The translations under genes were made by a program, and so were the position numbers. Positions 1 to 8,649 of a stretch of 40,810 nucleotides of DNA are shown piece after piece. The DNA lies in assembly GCA_041662045.1 (NCBI GenBank), contig JBAZTI010000001.1, forward strand, positions 41,111 to 81,920, given 5' to 3'. Source of the stretch: Candidatus Micrarchaeia archaeon (lineage in GTDB: Archaea; Micrarchaeota; Micrarchaeia; Anstonellales; Anstonellaceae). The notes beneath the pieces were generated by a model. That model was not told the DNA's origin. It saw only the letters and a list, made by a program, of their open reading frames with translations, and ran no database searches. The stretch's first letter is position 1, and each line of letters begins with the position of its first letter.

Positions 1-309
1 CTCATACACCTGAACAAGGGGCCTGCCATAAGCCTGGTGGAGGCCGGAGGCAGGGGCAACTTTGCGGATGCCGGGCTGTCCAAGAAATGCATCGAGGTTG
101 CAAAGAAAGCGAAGATACCATACCAGCTAGAGGTCATCGAGGGAGGCGCCACCGACGCGGCATCGGTGTATGGCGAGCGCGGGGGGATACCTTCCATTGC
201 GATTTGCGTGCCCACGCGCTATATCCATTCCAACGTTGCAGTGTGCTCCATGGATGACGTAGAGAAGACCGCGAACTACCTGGCAAAGCTCGTGGAAGCG
301 CTTGCCTGA
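1..309 (+). CDS. M42 family (FrvX-like) metallo-aminopeptidase, C-terminal fragment running off the window start
   Basis: Frame 1 is open from nt 1 to the TGA at 307-309. The tail IPYQLEVIEGGATDAASVYGERGGIPSIAICVPTRYIHSNVAVCSMDDVEKT matches the M42 C-terminal region as I remember it. Confidence 0.7.
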   Translation, partial: LIHLNKGPAISLVEAGGRGNFADAGLSKKCIEVAKKAKIPYQLEVIEGGATDAASVYGERGGIPSIAICVPTRYIHSNVAVCSMDDVEKTANYLAKLVEALA

Positions 310-324
310 CCGCAAAATATCACG

Positions 325-873
325 ATGAGGGGCGTAATTTCGTTTTTGGTTGCGTCCGTTTTCCTTCTTGTTCTCGTTTCATCAGCTGCAAGGATAGCCA
401 AAAGCGCGCCAGACCATTCCTACCAGCCCATTGTTGCGATGCACCTGCAGGAGCATGCCATGCTCGCGGCGTTTTCCGATGCGCTGTCGGAGGCTGCAGG
501 CAAGGCGCTTGCGGCTTCGCAGGCATCGGGAGCAGAGGCGCCTGCCCTGGCAAAGGCGGCAGCCTACCTGGCAGCCGTTGACTTTGAAGCGCAGGCCCGC
601 GGGGCGGGCTATGACGTTGTTTTCTGGTGCGGAAAGCCGGGGGAGGCTGCGCTGCAGGATGCTTCCGGAAAGATGGCAGATGACAGGAGCGCGGCCCTGC
701 CAGATGGCGCGCTCGCCCTGGCAAATCCGGCCTGCGCAGATTCGTTCGATGTCAACCTGCTCAGGAAAAAGGTGCTCGTGCGAAACGCCGGCTTTTCCAT
801 TTATTCAAAATGGGCAGGGGCAGGGCATGCCTTGCAGCTGCCTGACGGGCTCGAGGGTGGGATGGATGGCTAA
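325..873 (+). CDS. prepilin-like (class III signal-like) protein 1
   Basis: N-terminus MRG/VISFLVASVFLLVLV has a short charged leader, a Gly, then a hydrophobic helix. The stop overlaps the next start (ATGGATGGCTAA). Confidence 0.5.
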   Translation: MRGVISFLVASVFLLVLVSSAARIAKSAPDHSYQPIVAMHLQEHAMLAAFSDALSEAAGKALAASQASGAEAPALAKAAAYLAAVDFEAQARGAGYDVVFWCGKPGEAALQDASGKMADDRSAALPDGALALANPACADSFDVNLLRKKVLVRNAGFSIYSKWAGAGHALQLPDGLEGGMDG

Positions 874-1201
874 TGGGCAATCCTCGCTGGAAGCTTTGCT
901 TTCCCTTGCCGCGCTTTTGTGCGCGCTAGGCATGCTTGCCCATGCCGCAAAGGCGCAGTCGGATGCGCTTGCTTCTGCCGTGGAAGCTGCGGAGGGCAGG
1001 GCGGCGCTTGCGCGCGATGCGTTTGGCATTGACTTGGCTGCGGACATGCTGCCTGGCGCAAGGCTGCAACGGAACATGAGCGGCGTCCCTGTTTCCGAAG
1101 GGAACTATCTTGCCTTGAGGCAAAGCGGGGCGGTGCGCGAGCCGCTTTTCCACAGGATATCCGCGGATGCGGATGGGGAATACCATGCCCAAAGCGAATA
1201 A
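866..1201 (+). CDS. prepilin-like protein 2
   Basis: Internal ATG at 866 of tracked ORF 431..1201. N-terminus MANG/QSSLEALLSLAALLCALGML has Gly then Glu at +5, as in type IV pilins. The upstream part of the tracked ORF is Arg/Pro-rich junk. Confidence 0.55.
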   Translation: MANGQSSLEALLSLAALLCALGMLAHAAKAQSDALASAVEAAEGRAALARDAFGIDLAADMLPGARLQRNMSGVPVSEGNYLALRQSGAVREPLFHRISADADGEYHAQSE

Positions 1202-1577
1202 GGGGGGTGCACGCGCGTTCTGGTCTATTGACGCGGCCTTCGCGCTTGTGCTTTCCGTTGCAATGTTTGCCATGTTCTCGTCATTGCTCCATGCCGCAGG
1301 AGTTTCTGCCGCAAGGGGCGCTGAGGAAACGTCAGGCTCCCTTCTTTCGGCGCGGTTTTCATCCTATGCGCTTTCGCAGATGGAAAACGGAAAGGATGCG
1401 GACCTGCAGGGAGTTTTGGGGAGGACTGGAAGGAGGTATGCCAGCCTGCGGGTTGCGGATGCCGATGGCGAAATTTCGTTTGATTTTGCAGGGGAAAAAA
1501 ACAGGGAGGTGTACTGCACGGCAAGGATTGCGCTGGTTGGCAAGGCGATGGTGCGGATGGAGGCGTGCATAGGATGA
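1185..1577 (+). CDS. prepilin-like protein 3
   Basis: ATG at 1185 (alternatives 1167 and 1173). N-terminus MPKANKGG/ARAFWSIDAAFALVLSVAMF. It overlaps the previous gene by 17 nt. Confidence 0.5.
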   Translation: MPKANKGGARAFWSIDAAFALVLSVAMFAMFSSLLHAAGVSAARGAEETSGSLLSARFSSYALSQMENGKDADLQGVLGRTGRRYASLRVADADGEISFDFAGEKNREVYCTARIALVGKAMVRMEACIG

Positions 1578-1954
1578 TAAGGCCTCGCGCGTTCCTGTTC
1601 AGCCTGGAGGCTGCGTTCTCGCTCACGCTATTCGCTGTTGCCGCCGCCCATTTGCTTGCCTTTTCGCCGCAGGAGGAAACAGCCGGCGAGTTTCTTGCAT
1701 GCGCAGATATCGCAGGCGCGCTTGCGGAATCGCGCGCATTTTCCTCACAGGGGGCGCTGTCCGCGCGGGTGGCCGAGGCGGGCGCGCTTTCCGGCGCATG
1801 CGTGGAAGCGGAAGCTGGCGGCGCTGGCGCCTCGTCATGCGGAGCCGGAGAGGATGGCAATGGCGAGGAATACTCCTTCTCATTCCCAATCTGGAAGGAC
1901 GGCAGGCTGGGGGAAGCCAGGGCGGCGTGCCATGCAGCACAGGCCAGCACCTAA
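1574..1954 (+). CDS. prepilin-like protein 4
   Basis: ATG at 1574 overlaps the previous stop (ATGA). N-terminus MIRPR/AFLFSLEAAFSLTLFAVAAAHLL shares the AF-x-S-x-(D/E)-AAF-x-L pattern with protein 3. Confidence 0.5.
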   Translation: MIRPRAFLFSLEAAFSLTLFAVAAAHLLAFSPQEETAGEFLACADIAGALAESRAFSSQGALSARVAEAGALSGACVEAEAGGAGASSCGAGEDGNGEEYSFSFPIWKDGRLGEARAACHAAQAST

Positions 1955-2038
1955 AGGCGCGGGCTTGCGATTGCGGAGCGGCGGCGCCATTAGTGTGCTT
2001 TTTTATCCTTTCCATCGAAAGGGAAGCAGGGTGGTTGC

Positions 2039-3115
2039 GTGAAGTTGTTCCCGATATTCGCACTTTTGTCGCTTTTTGCCTCGCAGGCTCTTGCCTACGA
2101 TGTCGGAATCAAGGTGACTGTGACCCAGGACACCCTCGCAGTCGGCACCAACGTCACCATAGTGAAGGATGGCGTGCTGCTTTACACCGCAAAGGCCGGA
2201 GCGGACGGGATTGCGCCGTTCAAGCTCGACGCAGGCAGCTATTTCGTGTATCTTGACAGGGGGGGCTATTCAAGGCACGTCAACCTGCTTGAGGTCACCA
2301 AAACCGAGAACGTCACCTACACCATGCGCCAGCTGATATCGTCTGCAAGCGCATACGGGCAAATCACCGGCCCGTCCGACTTTTCCGGCTCATCGGTAGC
2401 AGCGTACCTGGACGGGAAGATAGTGAAGCGCGTTTCGCCGAATGCCGACGGGTATTATGTGCTGCCATTTGTCCCGGACGGCACCTACTCGCTTGTTTTT
2501 TCAGCGCCTGGCTTTGTGGACAGGAGCGCAGTGGCCTCGCTTGTGGCGTCGCAGTTCAGCGAGGTGAATGTGGAGCTTGGCAAGGAGGCTGAGCCTTTGG
2601 CAGAGCCGCCTGTGATGACCGCCCCGGCAGCAGCCAAGGAACAGTCGGCCATATGGATTGCCCTTGCAAGGGGCGGCGTTCCGCTTCCAGGGGAAACCGT
2701 GGCTGTTAAAACGCCGTCAGGGAGCATGGAAGTGGTTACAGGGGCGGATGGCAAGGCATGGGTGAATGCCGCCCAGCCAGGCACATATGTTTTCACCTAT
2801 GGCAATCTTTCCGCCACCACGGTCGTGGAGGGCGGGGAAAATCCTGCCCCGGCGCAGCCGCCTGCCGTTGATGATGAACCCTCTGCGCCTTCTTTGCCTG
2901 GCCAGCAGGCTTCGGGAGGCGGGCTTGCCGCAGGCGCGCTGGCGCTTGCGATGCTCGGCGCAATGGCGGTGCTGGGGGTAATTATTTTCGTGATGGGAAG
3001 GATGGTAAGGAAGGGAAAGCATGATGCCTGGGCAAAGCGCCCCGGGCAGGAAGCCCTCGCGCCGCCTGCGGAGCAGGAGGCGCACAAAAAGGGGCATGCG
3101 CACAAGAAGAAGTGA
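2039..3115 (+). CDS. secreted surface protein with three CarboxypepD_reg-like beta-sandwich repeats and a C-terminal TM anchor
   Basis: GTG start. Signal peptide MKLFPIFALLSLFASQALA. Repeats of the G-x-Y / ADG-x-Y / G-x-Y-x-L type. C-terminal GGLAAGALALAMLGAMAVLGVIIFVMG is followed by a K/H-rich tail. Confidence 0.7.
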   Translation: MKLFPIFALLSLFASQALAYDVGIKVTVTQDTLAVGTNVTIVKDGVLLYTAKAGADGIAPFKLDAGSYFVYLDRGGYSRHVNLLEVTKTENVTYTMRQLISSASAYGQITGPSDFSGSSVAAYLDGKIVKRVSPNADGYYVLPFVPDGTYSLVFSAPGFVDRSAVASLVASQFSEVNVELGKEAEPLAEPPVMTAPAAAKEQSAIWIALARGGVPLPGETVAVKTPSGSMEVVTGADGKAWVNAAQPGTYVFTYGNLSATTVVEGGENPAPAQPPAVDDEPSAPSLPGQQASGGGLAAGALALAMLGAMAVLGVIIFVMGRMVRKGKHDAWAKRPGQEALAPPAEQEAHKKGHAHKKK

Positions 3116-3119
3116 GCAG

Positions 3120-4076
3120 ATGCCTTTCAACGCGGAGAAGTTCATCGGCAGCGCGGTTTCCGCCATAGAAGCCACCGTAGGCAGGGAAAAGGCCATAATA
3201 GGGGTTTCCGGAGGGGTGGATTCCTCGGTGGCAGCAGTGCTTGCCACGCGCGCGCTTGGCAAGAGAATGGACTGCGTTTTCGTGGACACCGGCCTTATGA
3301 GGAAGGACGAGGCAAGGCTGGTCAAGGAGATGCTCGGCAAGGCTGGCGTGGACCTCAAGGTGGTGGACGCATCCGGCAAATTCTTCTCGGCGCTTGAAGG
3401 GGCGGAGGAGCCTGAGAAAAAGCGCAAAATAATAGGGGAGAGGTTCATCAGGGTGTTTGAGAAGGAGGCAAAGCGGTTCGGAGCCGCCTTCCTGATGCAG
3501 GGCACCATAGCCCCGGACTGGATTGAAAGCGGGGGCGGCAGCCGCGACACCATAAAATCGCACCACAACGTTGGCGGGCTGCCAGGGAAGATGGGCATGA
3601 AGCTTGTCGAGCCGCTGCGCGACCTGTACAAGCACGAGGTGAGGATTGTGGCGCGCGCGCTTGGCCTGCCGCCGGAAGTGTCGGAAAGGCAGCCTTTCCC
3701 GGGCCCTGGGCTGGCAGTGAGGATTGTGGGCGGGATAACCCCTGAAAAGGCAAGAATCGCCCGCAGCGCCTGCGCCATAGTGGAAGAGGAGCTCGAGGCA
3801 GCCGCAAAAGACGGGAAAATCGAGCTTCCGTGGCAGTACTTTGCCGCGCTCCTGCCCACGAGGACAGTGGGCGTGAGGGGGGATGAGAGGTCGTATCAAT
3901 ACACCATCGTCGTGCGCGCCGTGCGCTCGCTTGACGGCATGACTGCGAACTTCTCGCACATCCCGCCTGGAACGCTGCAGAAGATTTCCACCCGCATGAC
4001 AAACGAGATACGCGAAGTGGGGCGCGTGCTTTACGACATCACGAACAAGCCGCCTGCCACGGTGGAGCTTGAATAG
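3120..4076 (+). CDS. guaAB: GMP synthase [glutamine-hydrolysing] subunit B (ATP pyrophosphatase)
   Basis: ATG at 3120 within ORF 3021..4076. Contains the PP-loop motif GVSGGVDSSV and the C-terminal dimerisation region ending ATVELE, typical of the archaeal split GuaA. Confidence 0.9.
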   Translation: MPFNAEKFIGSAVSAIEATVGREKAIIGVSGGVDSSVAAVLATRALGKRMDCVFVDTGLMRKDEARLVKEMLGKAGVDLKVVDASGKFFSALEGAEEPEKKRKIIGERFIRVFEKEAKRFGAAFLMQGTIAPDWIESGGGSRDTIKSHHNVGGLPGKMGMKLVEPLRDLYKHEVRIVARALGLPPEVSERQPFPGPGLAVRIVGGITPEKARIARSACAIVEEELEAAAKDGKIELPWQYFAALLPTRTVGVRGDERSYQYTIVVRAVRSLDGMTANFSHIPPGTLQKISTRMTNEIREVGRVLYDITNKPPATVELE

Positions 4077-4094
4077 GCCTAAGCTTGTGATTTC

Positions 4095-4649
4095 ATGGCA
4101 GTACTGATAGTGGACATGGGAAGCCAGTACACGCACGTCATCTGGCGCACCTGCCGCGATTTGGGGCATGACGGGAAAATCGTGCCAAAAAAAGTTGCGC
4201 GCGCTGAGCTTGACGCTGCGGATGCCGTCATTCTTTCAGGAGGGCCTTCTTCTGTTACGAAAGACGATTTCCACTCCCTTCCCGGCTTCATCAGGGCGTC
4301 AAAAAAGCCAGTTCTCGGCATCTGCCTTGGGCACCAGCTCATCGCGCACACGCTTGGCGGCAAGGTGGTGAAAGGGAAGAATGCGGAGTATGGGATATCG
4401 AAAATCGAGGTTGACAAGCCGGGCGCTTTGCTTGCAGACGTGCCCACGCCCTTCAATGCGTGGGTGTCGCATTTTGACGAAGTGCTGGAAATGCCTGAAG
4501 GCTTCGTGTCGCTTGCGCACTCGGAAACGTGCGCGCACGAAGCTATGGAATCCCCGGCGCGCAAGCTTTTCTCGGTGCAGTTCCACCCGGAAGTGTGGCA
4601 CACTGAGAACGGCGAGAAGATATTGGAGAACTTCCTGAAGCAGGTTTAG
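4095..4649 (+). CDS. guaAA: GMP synthase subunit A (class I glutamine amidotransferase)
   Basis: Motifs GICLGHQL (catalytic Cys) and QFHPEV (His/Glu). 184 aa, directly downstream of guaAB. Confidence 0.9.
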   Translation: MAVLIVDMGSQYTHVIWRTCRDLGHDGKIVPKKVARAELDAADAVILSGGPSSVTKDDFHSLPGFIRASKKPVLGICLGHQLIAHTLGGKVVKGKNAEYGISKIEVDKPGALLADVPTPFNAWVSHFDEVLEMPEGFVSLAHSETCAHEAMESPARKLFSVQFHPEVWHTENGEKILENFLKQV

Positions 4650-4652
4650 GCG

Positions 4653-4672
4653 GCTAAAAATCTTTTTTTTCC
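4653..4672. terminator. putative bidirectional oligo-T terminator between convergent genes
   Basis: A5 at 4656-4660 (T5 on the minus strand) and T8 at 4663-4670, in the 24-nt gap between convergent stops at 4649 and 4674. Confidence 0.4.
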
Positions 4673-4673
4673 T

Positions 4674-5258
4674 CTAGTTGCCTTCGGCAACTTCTGAAAA
4701 AGCGCTTGCGCGCCTTTTCACTTCCTGCAGCGCAAGAGCGGCAGCGCCGCCCGAAAGCGCGGTGGCAAGCTGGAAGACCCCCATTGCCGTAAGGAAAACA
4801 GCAGGCACCATGCCAAACGAGAGGAGCGCAAGCGCTGCGAGGAAAAGAAAGGCTGCCTTTGCAGCTGCGCCAATGGAAAGCGCGGCAACCCTGTTCGTTT
4901 TCTTGTCAAGCACGAAATACTTTATGCAAATCACGAGAAGCGTGTTGCCTGCCCAGATGAACGGGATCATGTAGAAAAGCGCGCTTGAGGCTGCGCCGAA
5001 TACCAGGCCTGCAAGCAGGGCGCCGAGAGATGGGAGGATGATGACCGGCAGCAAACGCGCGCCGCGGAGATTGAGCGCGGCAAGCACAAGGGCGCAGTTC
5101 ACGGCAGCGCCGACAAGAAGCTGCTCGTGCCCAAGGAGGAACGGAAGGGAGAATGCGATGGCTGAGTAAATCGCCATCTCCACGTATTCCTGCAGGCGCG
5201 GAAGGGAATATTCCTGCCTGAAAAGCGAATCGGATATGCGCGAGTATTCGAATTTCAT
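4674..5258 (-). CDS. polytopic membrane protein, function unknown
   Basis: Only the last 194 codons of the 473-aa tracked ORF look real (MKFEYSRISDS..., several hydrophobic helices). The upstream part is antisense to hydC/hydB. ATG at 5258. Confidence 0.6.
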   Translation of the reverse strand: MKFEYSRISDSLFRQEYSLPRLQEYVEMAIYSAIAFSLPFLLGHEQLLVGAAVNCALVLAALNLRGARLLPVIILPSLGALLAGLVFGAASSALFYMIPFIWAGNTLLVICIKYFVLDKKTNRVAALSIGAAAKAAFLFLAALALLSFGMVPAVFLTAMGVFQLATALSGGAAALALQEVKRRASAFSEVAEGN

Positions 5259-5289
5259 GGGAATCACGGCAAATGTACGGAGGTTAGGA

Positions 5290-5297
5290 ATATAAAA
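5290..5297. promoter_or_regulatory. TATA-like box in the divergent spacer (membrane protein / hydC)
   Basis: ATATAAAA lies about 22-29 nt upstream of the hydC ATG (5319) and about 32-39 nt upstream of the divergent ATG (5258). Confidence 0.4.
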
Positions 5298-5318
5298 GGT
5301 GCGAACGAATGATGCTGG

Positions 5319-5786
5319 ATGGCGAAGGAAAACGGCAAGAAGGACGCGCGCCCGCTCATGAACATCCTCCACGAGGTGCAGGAAAGGCACGGCTACATCT
5401 CTGAGCACATGCTCAAGCAGATAGCGGTGGAGCAGGACATCCCGATTGCGCGGCTTTACGGGGTGGTGAAATTCTACACCATGTTCCACACCGAGCCGCA
5501 GGGGAAGTATGTCATCGAGATTTGCGGGTCGCCTTCCTGCGTGCTTAACAACGGGGTGCGGCTGGAGAAGTTCCTGGAGCAGGAAATCGGCGCAGCCATA
5601 GGGGAGACCTCCAAGGACGGGATGTTTTCCCTCTACAAAACCTCGTGCATAGGGTGCTGCGACGAGGCGCCCGCCATGCTGGTAAACGGGGAGCCGCACA
5701 CCAAGATGACCGTGGAGAGGCTGAAGCTTGTCCTGAAAAAGCTCCGCGAGGCCGAGGCGAAGCAGGCGCCTGGAAAAAAGAAGTGA
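5319..5786 (+). CDS. hydC: NuoE-like [2Fe-2S] thioredoxin-fold subunit (HydC of trimeric [FeFe] hydrogenase)
   Basis: Contains CGSPSC...CIGCCDEAP cluster cysteines and the NuoE-type N-terminus HEVQERHGYIS. Confidence 0.85.
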   Translation: MAKENGKKDARPLMNILHEVQERHGYISEHMLKQIAVEQDIPIARLYGVVKFYTMFHTEPQGKYVIEICGSPSCVLNNGVRLEKFLEQEIGAAIGETSKDGMFSLYKTSCIGCCDEAPAMLVNGEPHTKMTVERLKLVLKKLREAEAKQAPGKKK

Positions 5787-5790
5787 GCCC

Positions 5791-6912
5791 ATGCAGATAC
5801 TACGCCAGACAAAGATGGAGGCGCTTGAGAAGGCGCGCGCCCTGGGGCCGGAGGGAGTGATTGCCCTGCTTGGGAAAAAAGGGCTGGAGGGCAGGGGAGG
5901 CGCGGCATACCCGACTGCCAAGAAGTGGAAAACATGCAGGGATGCGCCTGCGGGCGAGCGGTTCGTGGTGTGCAATGCCGACGAGGGAGAGCCAGGCACT
6001 TTCAAGGACAAGCTCATCATCCGCCACAACGCCGAGACGCTTGTGGAAGGGATATTGGTTGCGGCGTACGCTGTGGGCGCAAAAAGGTGCTTCATCTACC
6101 TGAGGGGGGAATACGACTACCTGCGCCCGCGGCTGCAGGAGCAGATTGACGGGGTGCTGGCGCACGCCGGCATGGAGGGCGTGACAATCGAGATCGTGAG
6201 GGGAGCGGGCGCATACATCTGCGGGGAGGCAACCGCTCTTTTGCAGTCCATCATGGGCTTTCGGGGCAATGCAATGGCAAAGCCCCCAAACCCGACCACG
6301 CACGGCCTGTGGGGCAAGCCCACCGTCATCAACAACGTGGAGACGCTGACCTGCGCTGCGCAGGCTGTCCTTTTCGACGACTGGGACCCTGCACTTCGGC
6401 TGTTCTCGATTTCCGGCAACGTCAAGAACCCGGGCGTGTACGAGTTCCCGCTTGGCGTGAAGATGTCGACCGTCATAGACGTGGCCCGGCCCGAGAAAAA
6501 GCTCAAGGCAATGTCTTTCGGCTGCTTCGGAGGGATAATGCCGGTGGATGCGGACATGCCGATAACGCCGGAGACCATCTGCATGGAGAAGTGCCAGCAC
6601 GGCGCGTACAGCATAGTCTTCATCGACGAGACCAACAATGTTGTGGACGTTGCGTATTCCATTGCGAAATTCTACACCTACGAGTCGTGCGGCAAGTGCA
6701 CGCCTTGCCGGGAAGGCACCATCAGGATGCTGAACCTGCTCAAGAAGGTCCGCTCTGGGAAGGCTGTGAAAAAGGACCTGGACCTCATGCGCGAGCTTGC
6801 GCTCCATGTGCAGGAAACCTCGCTTTGCGGGCTGGGGCAGACTTGCGGCAACCACATACTCACAAGCCTTGAGCATTTCCCCAAGGACTATGAGGCATAT
6901 ATGAAGAAATAG
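5791..6912 (+). CDS. hydB: NuoF-like FMN/NADH-binding subunit (HydB), short form
   Basis: Motifs GRGGAAYPTAKKW (FMN), CNADEGEPGTFKD (NADH), and CGKCTPCREG...LCGLG ([4Fe-4S]). 373 aa with no extra ferredoxin-like domains. Confidence 0.88.
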   Translation: MQILRQTKMEALEKARALGPEGVIALLGKKGLEGRGGAAYPTAKKWKTCRDAPAGERFVVCNADEGEPGTFKDKLIIRHNAETLVEGILVAAYAVGAKRCFIYLRGEYDYLRPRLQEQIDGVLAHAGMEGVTIEIVRGAGAYICGEATALLQSIMGFRGNAMAKPPNPTTHGLWGKPTVINNVETLTCAAQAVLFDDWDPALRLFSISGNVKNPGVYEFPLGVKMSTVIDVARPEKKLKAMSFGCFGGIMPVDADMPITPETICMEKCQHGAYSIVFIDETNNVVDVAYSIAKFYTYESCGKCTPCREGTIRMLNLLKKVRSGKAVKKDLDLMRELALHVQETSLCGLGQTCGNHILTSLEHFPKDYEAYMKK

Positions 6913-6974
6913 GGAGAGGCGTGGCTGGCAGGGACGGATGGACAGCGATGGGAAAACTGGATAGGGGCAGGCAA

Positions 6975-8639
6975 ATGAAAATAAAGCTGAACAACACCGA
7001 AATCGAGGCGGCGGAGGGCAAGACGCTTCTTGACATATGCCGCGAGAACGGCATCAACGTGCCCACCTTGTGCTACCATGCCAGCCTCGCACCGGAGGCG
7101 CGCTGCAGGGTGTGCCTGGTGGAGATGGACGGAAAGCTCGTCACTTCCTGCTCCACCCGCCCGCGAGAGGGCTCGAAAATCGTGACAGGCTCGGAAAGGG
7201 TGATGAAGGCGCGGCGGCTGAATATGGAGCTCATGGTGCCTGAGCCTGCGTGCAGGCGCGAGGACGACTACGAGGTTTGCCAGACCTACAAGGAGGTCGG
7301 GATGGGCAATGCGCGCTTTGCGCAGATAAAGGACTACAAGCCTGACCTGGGCGCGGCGGTGATACGCGACAACAACAAGTGCATAAACTGCGGAAGGTGC
7401 GTGCGCGTGTGCGCGGACATACAGGGCGTTTTCGCAATAGACTTCGCAAGCCGGGCGCACAACGAGCATGTCACGCCCTATTGGGAAAACCACCTTGCCG
7501 ATATCGCGTGCATAAGGTGCGGCCAGTGCATACTGAACTGCCCGGTCGGGGCGATTTCGGAGCGCTCCCATATAGAGGAAGTGATGGCTGCGCTTGACGA
7601 CAAGGACAGGCACGTGGTTGCGCAGGTTGCCCCGTCCATAAGGGCTGCGCTGGGGGAGCTTTTCGGGATGCCGGCGGGCACTCTGGTGACCGGCAAGACT
7701 GTGTCGGCGCTCCGCAAGTGCGGCTTTGCCAAGGTGTTTGACGTCGACCTGGGGGCGGACATGACCATAATGGAGGAGGCGTCCGAGCTCCTGCGGCGCG
7801 TGGAGAAGGGAGGCACGCTGCCCATGATAACCACCTGCTGCCCCGGCTGGATATTGATGATGGAATTTTTCTACCATGACCTCATCGGGAACATGTCCAC
7901 CTGCAAGTCGCCCCACGAGATGCTGGGCATGCTCATCAAGACGTATTACGCGAAAAAGGCGGGCATTGACCCGAAGAAAATCACTGTGGTCTCCATCATG
8001 CCCTGCACTGCGAAGAAGTTCGAGTCCACCCGCCCCGAGATGGAAAGCGGGGTGGACTACGTGCTCACCACGCGCGAGCTTGGAAGGCTTGTGAAGATGA
8101 AGAAAGTGGACTTTGCTTCCTTGCCTGACGGGGAGTTCGACCCTGCCCTGGGGATTGCGACCGGGGCAGGAGTGATATTCGGCGCGACAGGGGGCGTTAT
8201 GGAGGCTGCGCTGCGCACCGCGCATTTCCTTGCGACAGGCAAGGAGCTGGAGCACGTTGAAATAAACGAAGTCAGGGGCATGGCGGGCATCAAGGAGGGG
8301 AAGATTGTGCTGAACGGCAAGGAAGTGAGGTTCGCCTGCGCGCACGGGGGCGCAAACGCGCGCAAGCTCATGGAGCAGAAGGGAAAATACCATTTCATAG
8401 AGGTGATGGCATGCCCTGGCGGCTGCATTGGCGGCGGCGGGCAGCCGATTTACCGCGACCCGGAGGTCTTAAGGAAGAGGACCGACGCGATATATTCCGC
8501 GGACCGCGCGAACAGGCTCCGCTGCTCGCACCAGAACCCGATTGTGAAGCGGATTTACGGCGAAATGCTTGGCGCGCCCCTCTCCGAAAAGGCCGAGGAG
8601 CTGCTGCACACCCATTACGAGAAGAGGAGCAGGTTCTGA
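6975..8639 (+). CDS. hydA: [FeFe]-hydrogenase catalytic subunit HydA (2Fe-2S, 2x[4Fe-4S] and H-cluster domains)
   Basis: ATG at 6975 (MKIKLNNTEIEA). All three H-cluster motifs are present: TTCCPGW, MPCTAKKFE and EVMACPGGCIGGGGQP. Also CINCGRCVRVC and CIRCGQCILNCP ferredoxin motifs. Confidence 0.9.
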   Translation: MKIKLNNTEIEAAEGKTLLDICRENGINVPTLCYHASLAPEARCRVCLVEMDGKLVTSCSTRPREGSKIVTGSERVMKARRLNMELMVPEPACRREDDYEVCQTYKEVGMGNARFAQIKDYKPDLGAAVIRDNNKCINCGRCVRVCADIQGVFAIDFASRAHNEHVTPYWENHLADIACIRCGQCILNCPVGAISERSHIEEVMAALDDKDRHVVAQVAPSIRAALGELFGMPAGTLVTGKTVSALRKCGFAKVFDVDLGADMTIMEEASELLRRVEKGGTLPMITTCCPGWILMMEFFYHDLIGNMSTCKSPHEMLGMLIKTYYAKKAGIDPKKITVVSIMPCTAKKFESTRPEMESGVDYVLTTRELGRLVKMKKVDFASLPDGEFDPALGIATGAGVIFGATGGVMEAALRTAHFLATGKELEHVEINEVRGMAGIKEGKIVLNGKEVRFACAHGGANARKLMEQKGKYHFIEVMACPGGCIGGGGQPIYRDPEVLRKRTDAIYSADRANRLRCSHQNPIVKRIYGEMLGAPLSEKAEELLHTHYEKRSRF

Positions 8640-8649
8640 TTTTGCATTT

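Noticed and set aside
2717-4169. Long minus-strand ORFs (380 aa and 395 aa) opposite guaAB
   Set aside because: They are Arg/Pro/Ala/Gly-rich and have no motifs. They lie fully antisense to a gene with clear GMP synthase motifs, which is typical of high-GC shadow ORFs.
5259-6095. N-terminal 279 codons of the 473-aa minus-strand ORF 4674..6095
   Set aside because: This part overlaps hydC and hydB in antisense and is non-membrane junk. A clean ATG at 5258 starts the hydrophobic protein, and a TATA box sits in the resulting spacer.
5800-8393. Minus-strand ORFs of 358 aa and 501 aa opposite hydB and hydA
   Set aside because: They are antisense to genes with complete cofactor motifs and have a His/Arg/Leu-rich junk composition.
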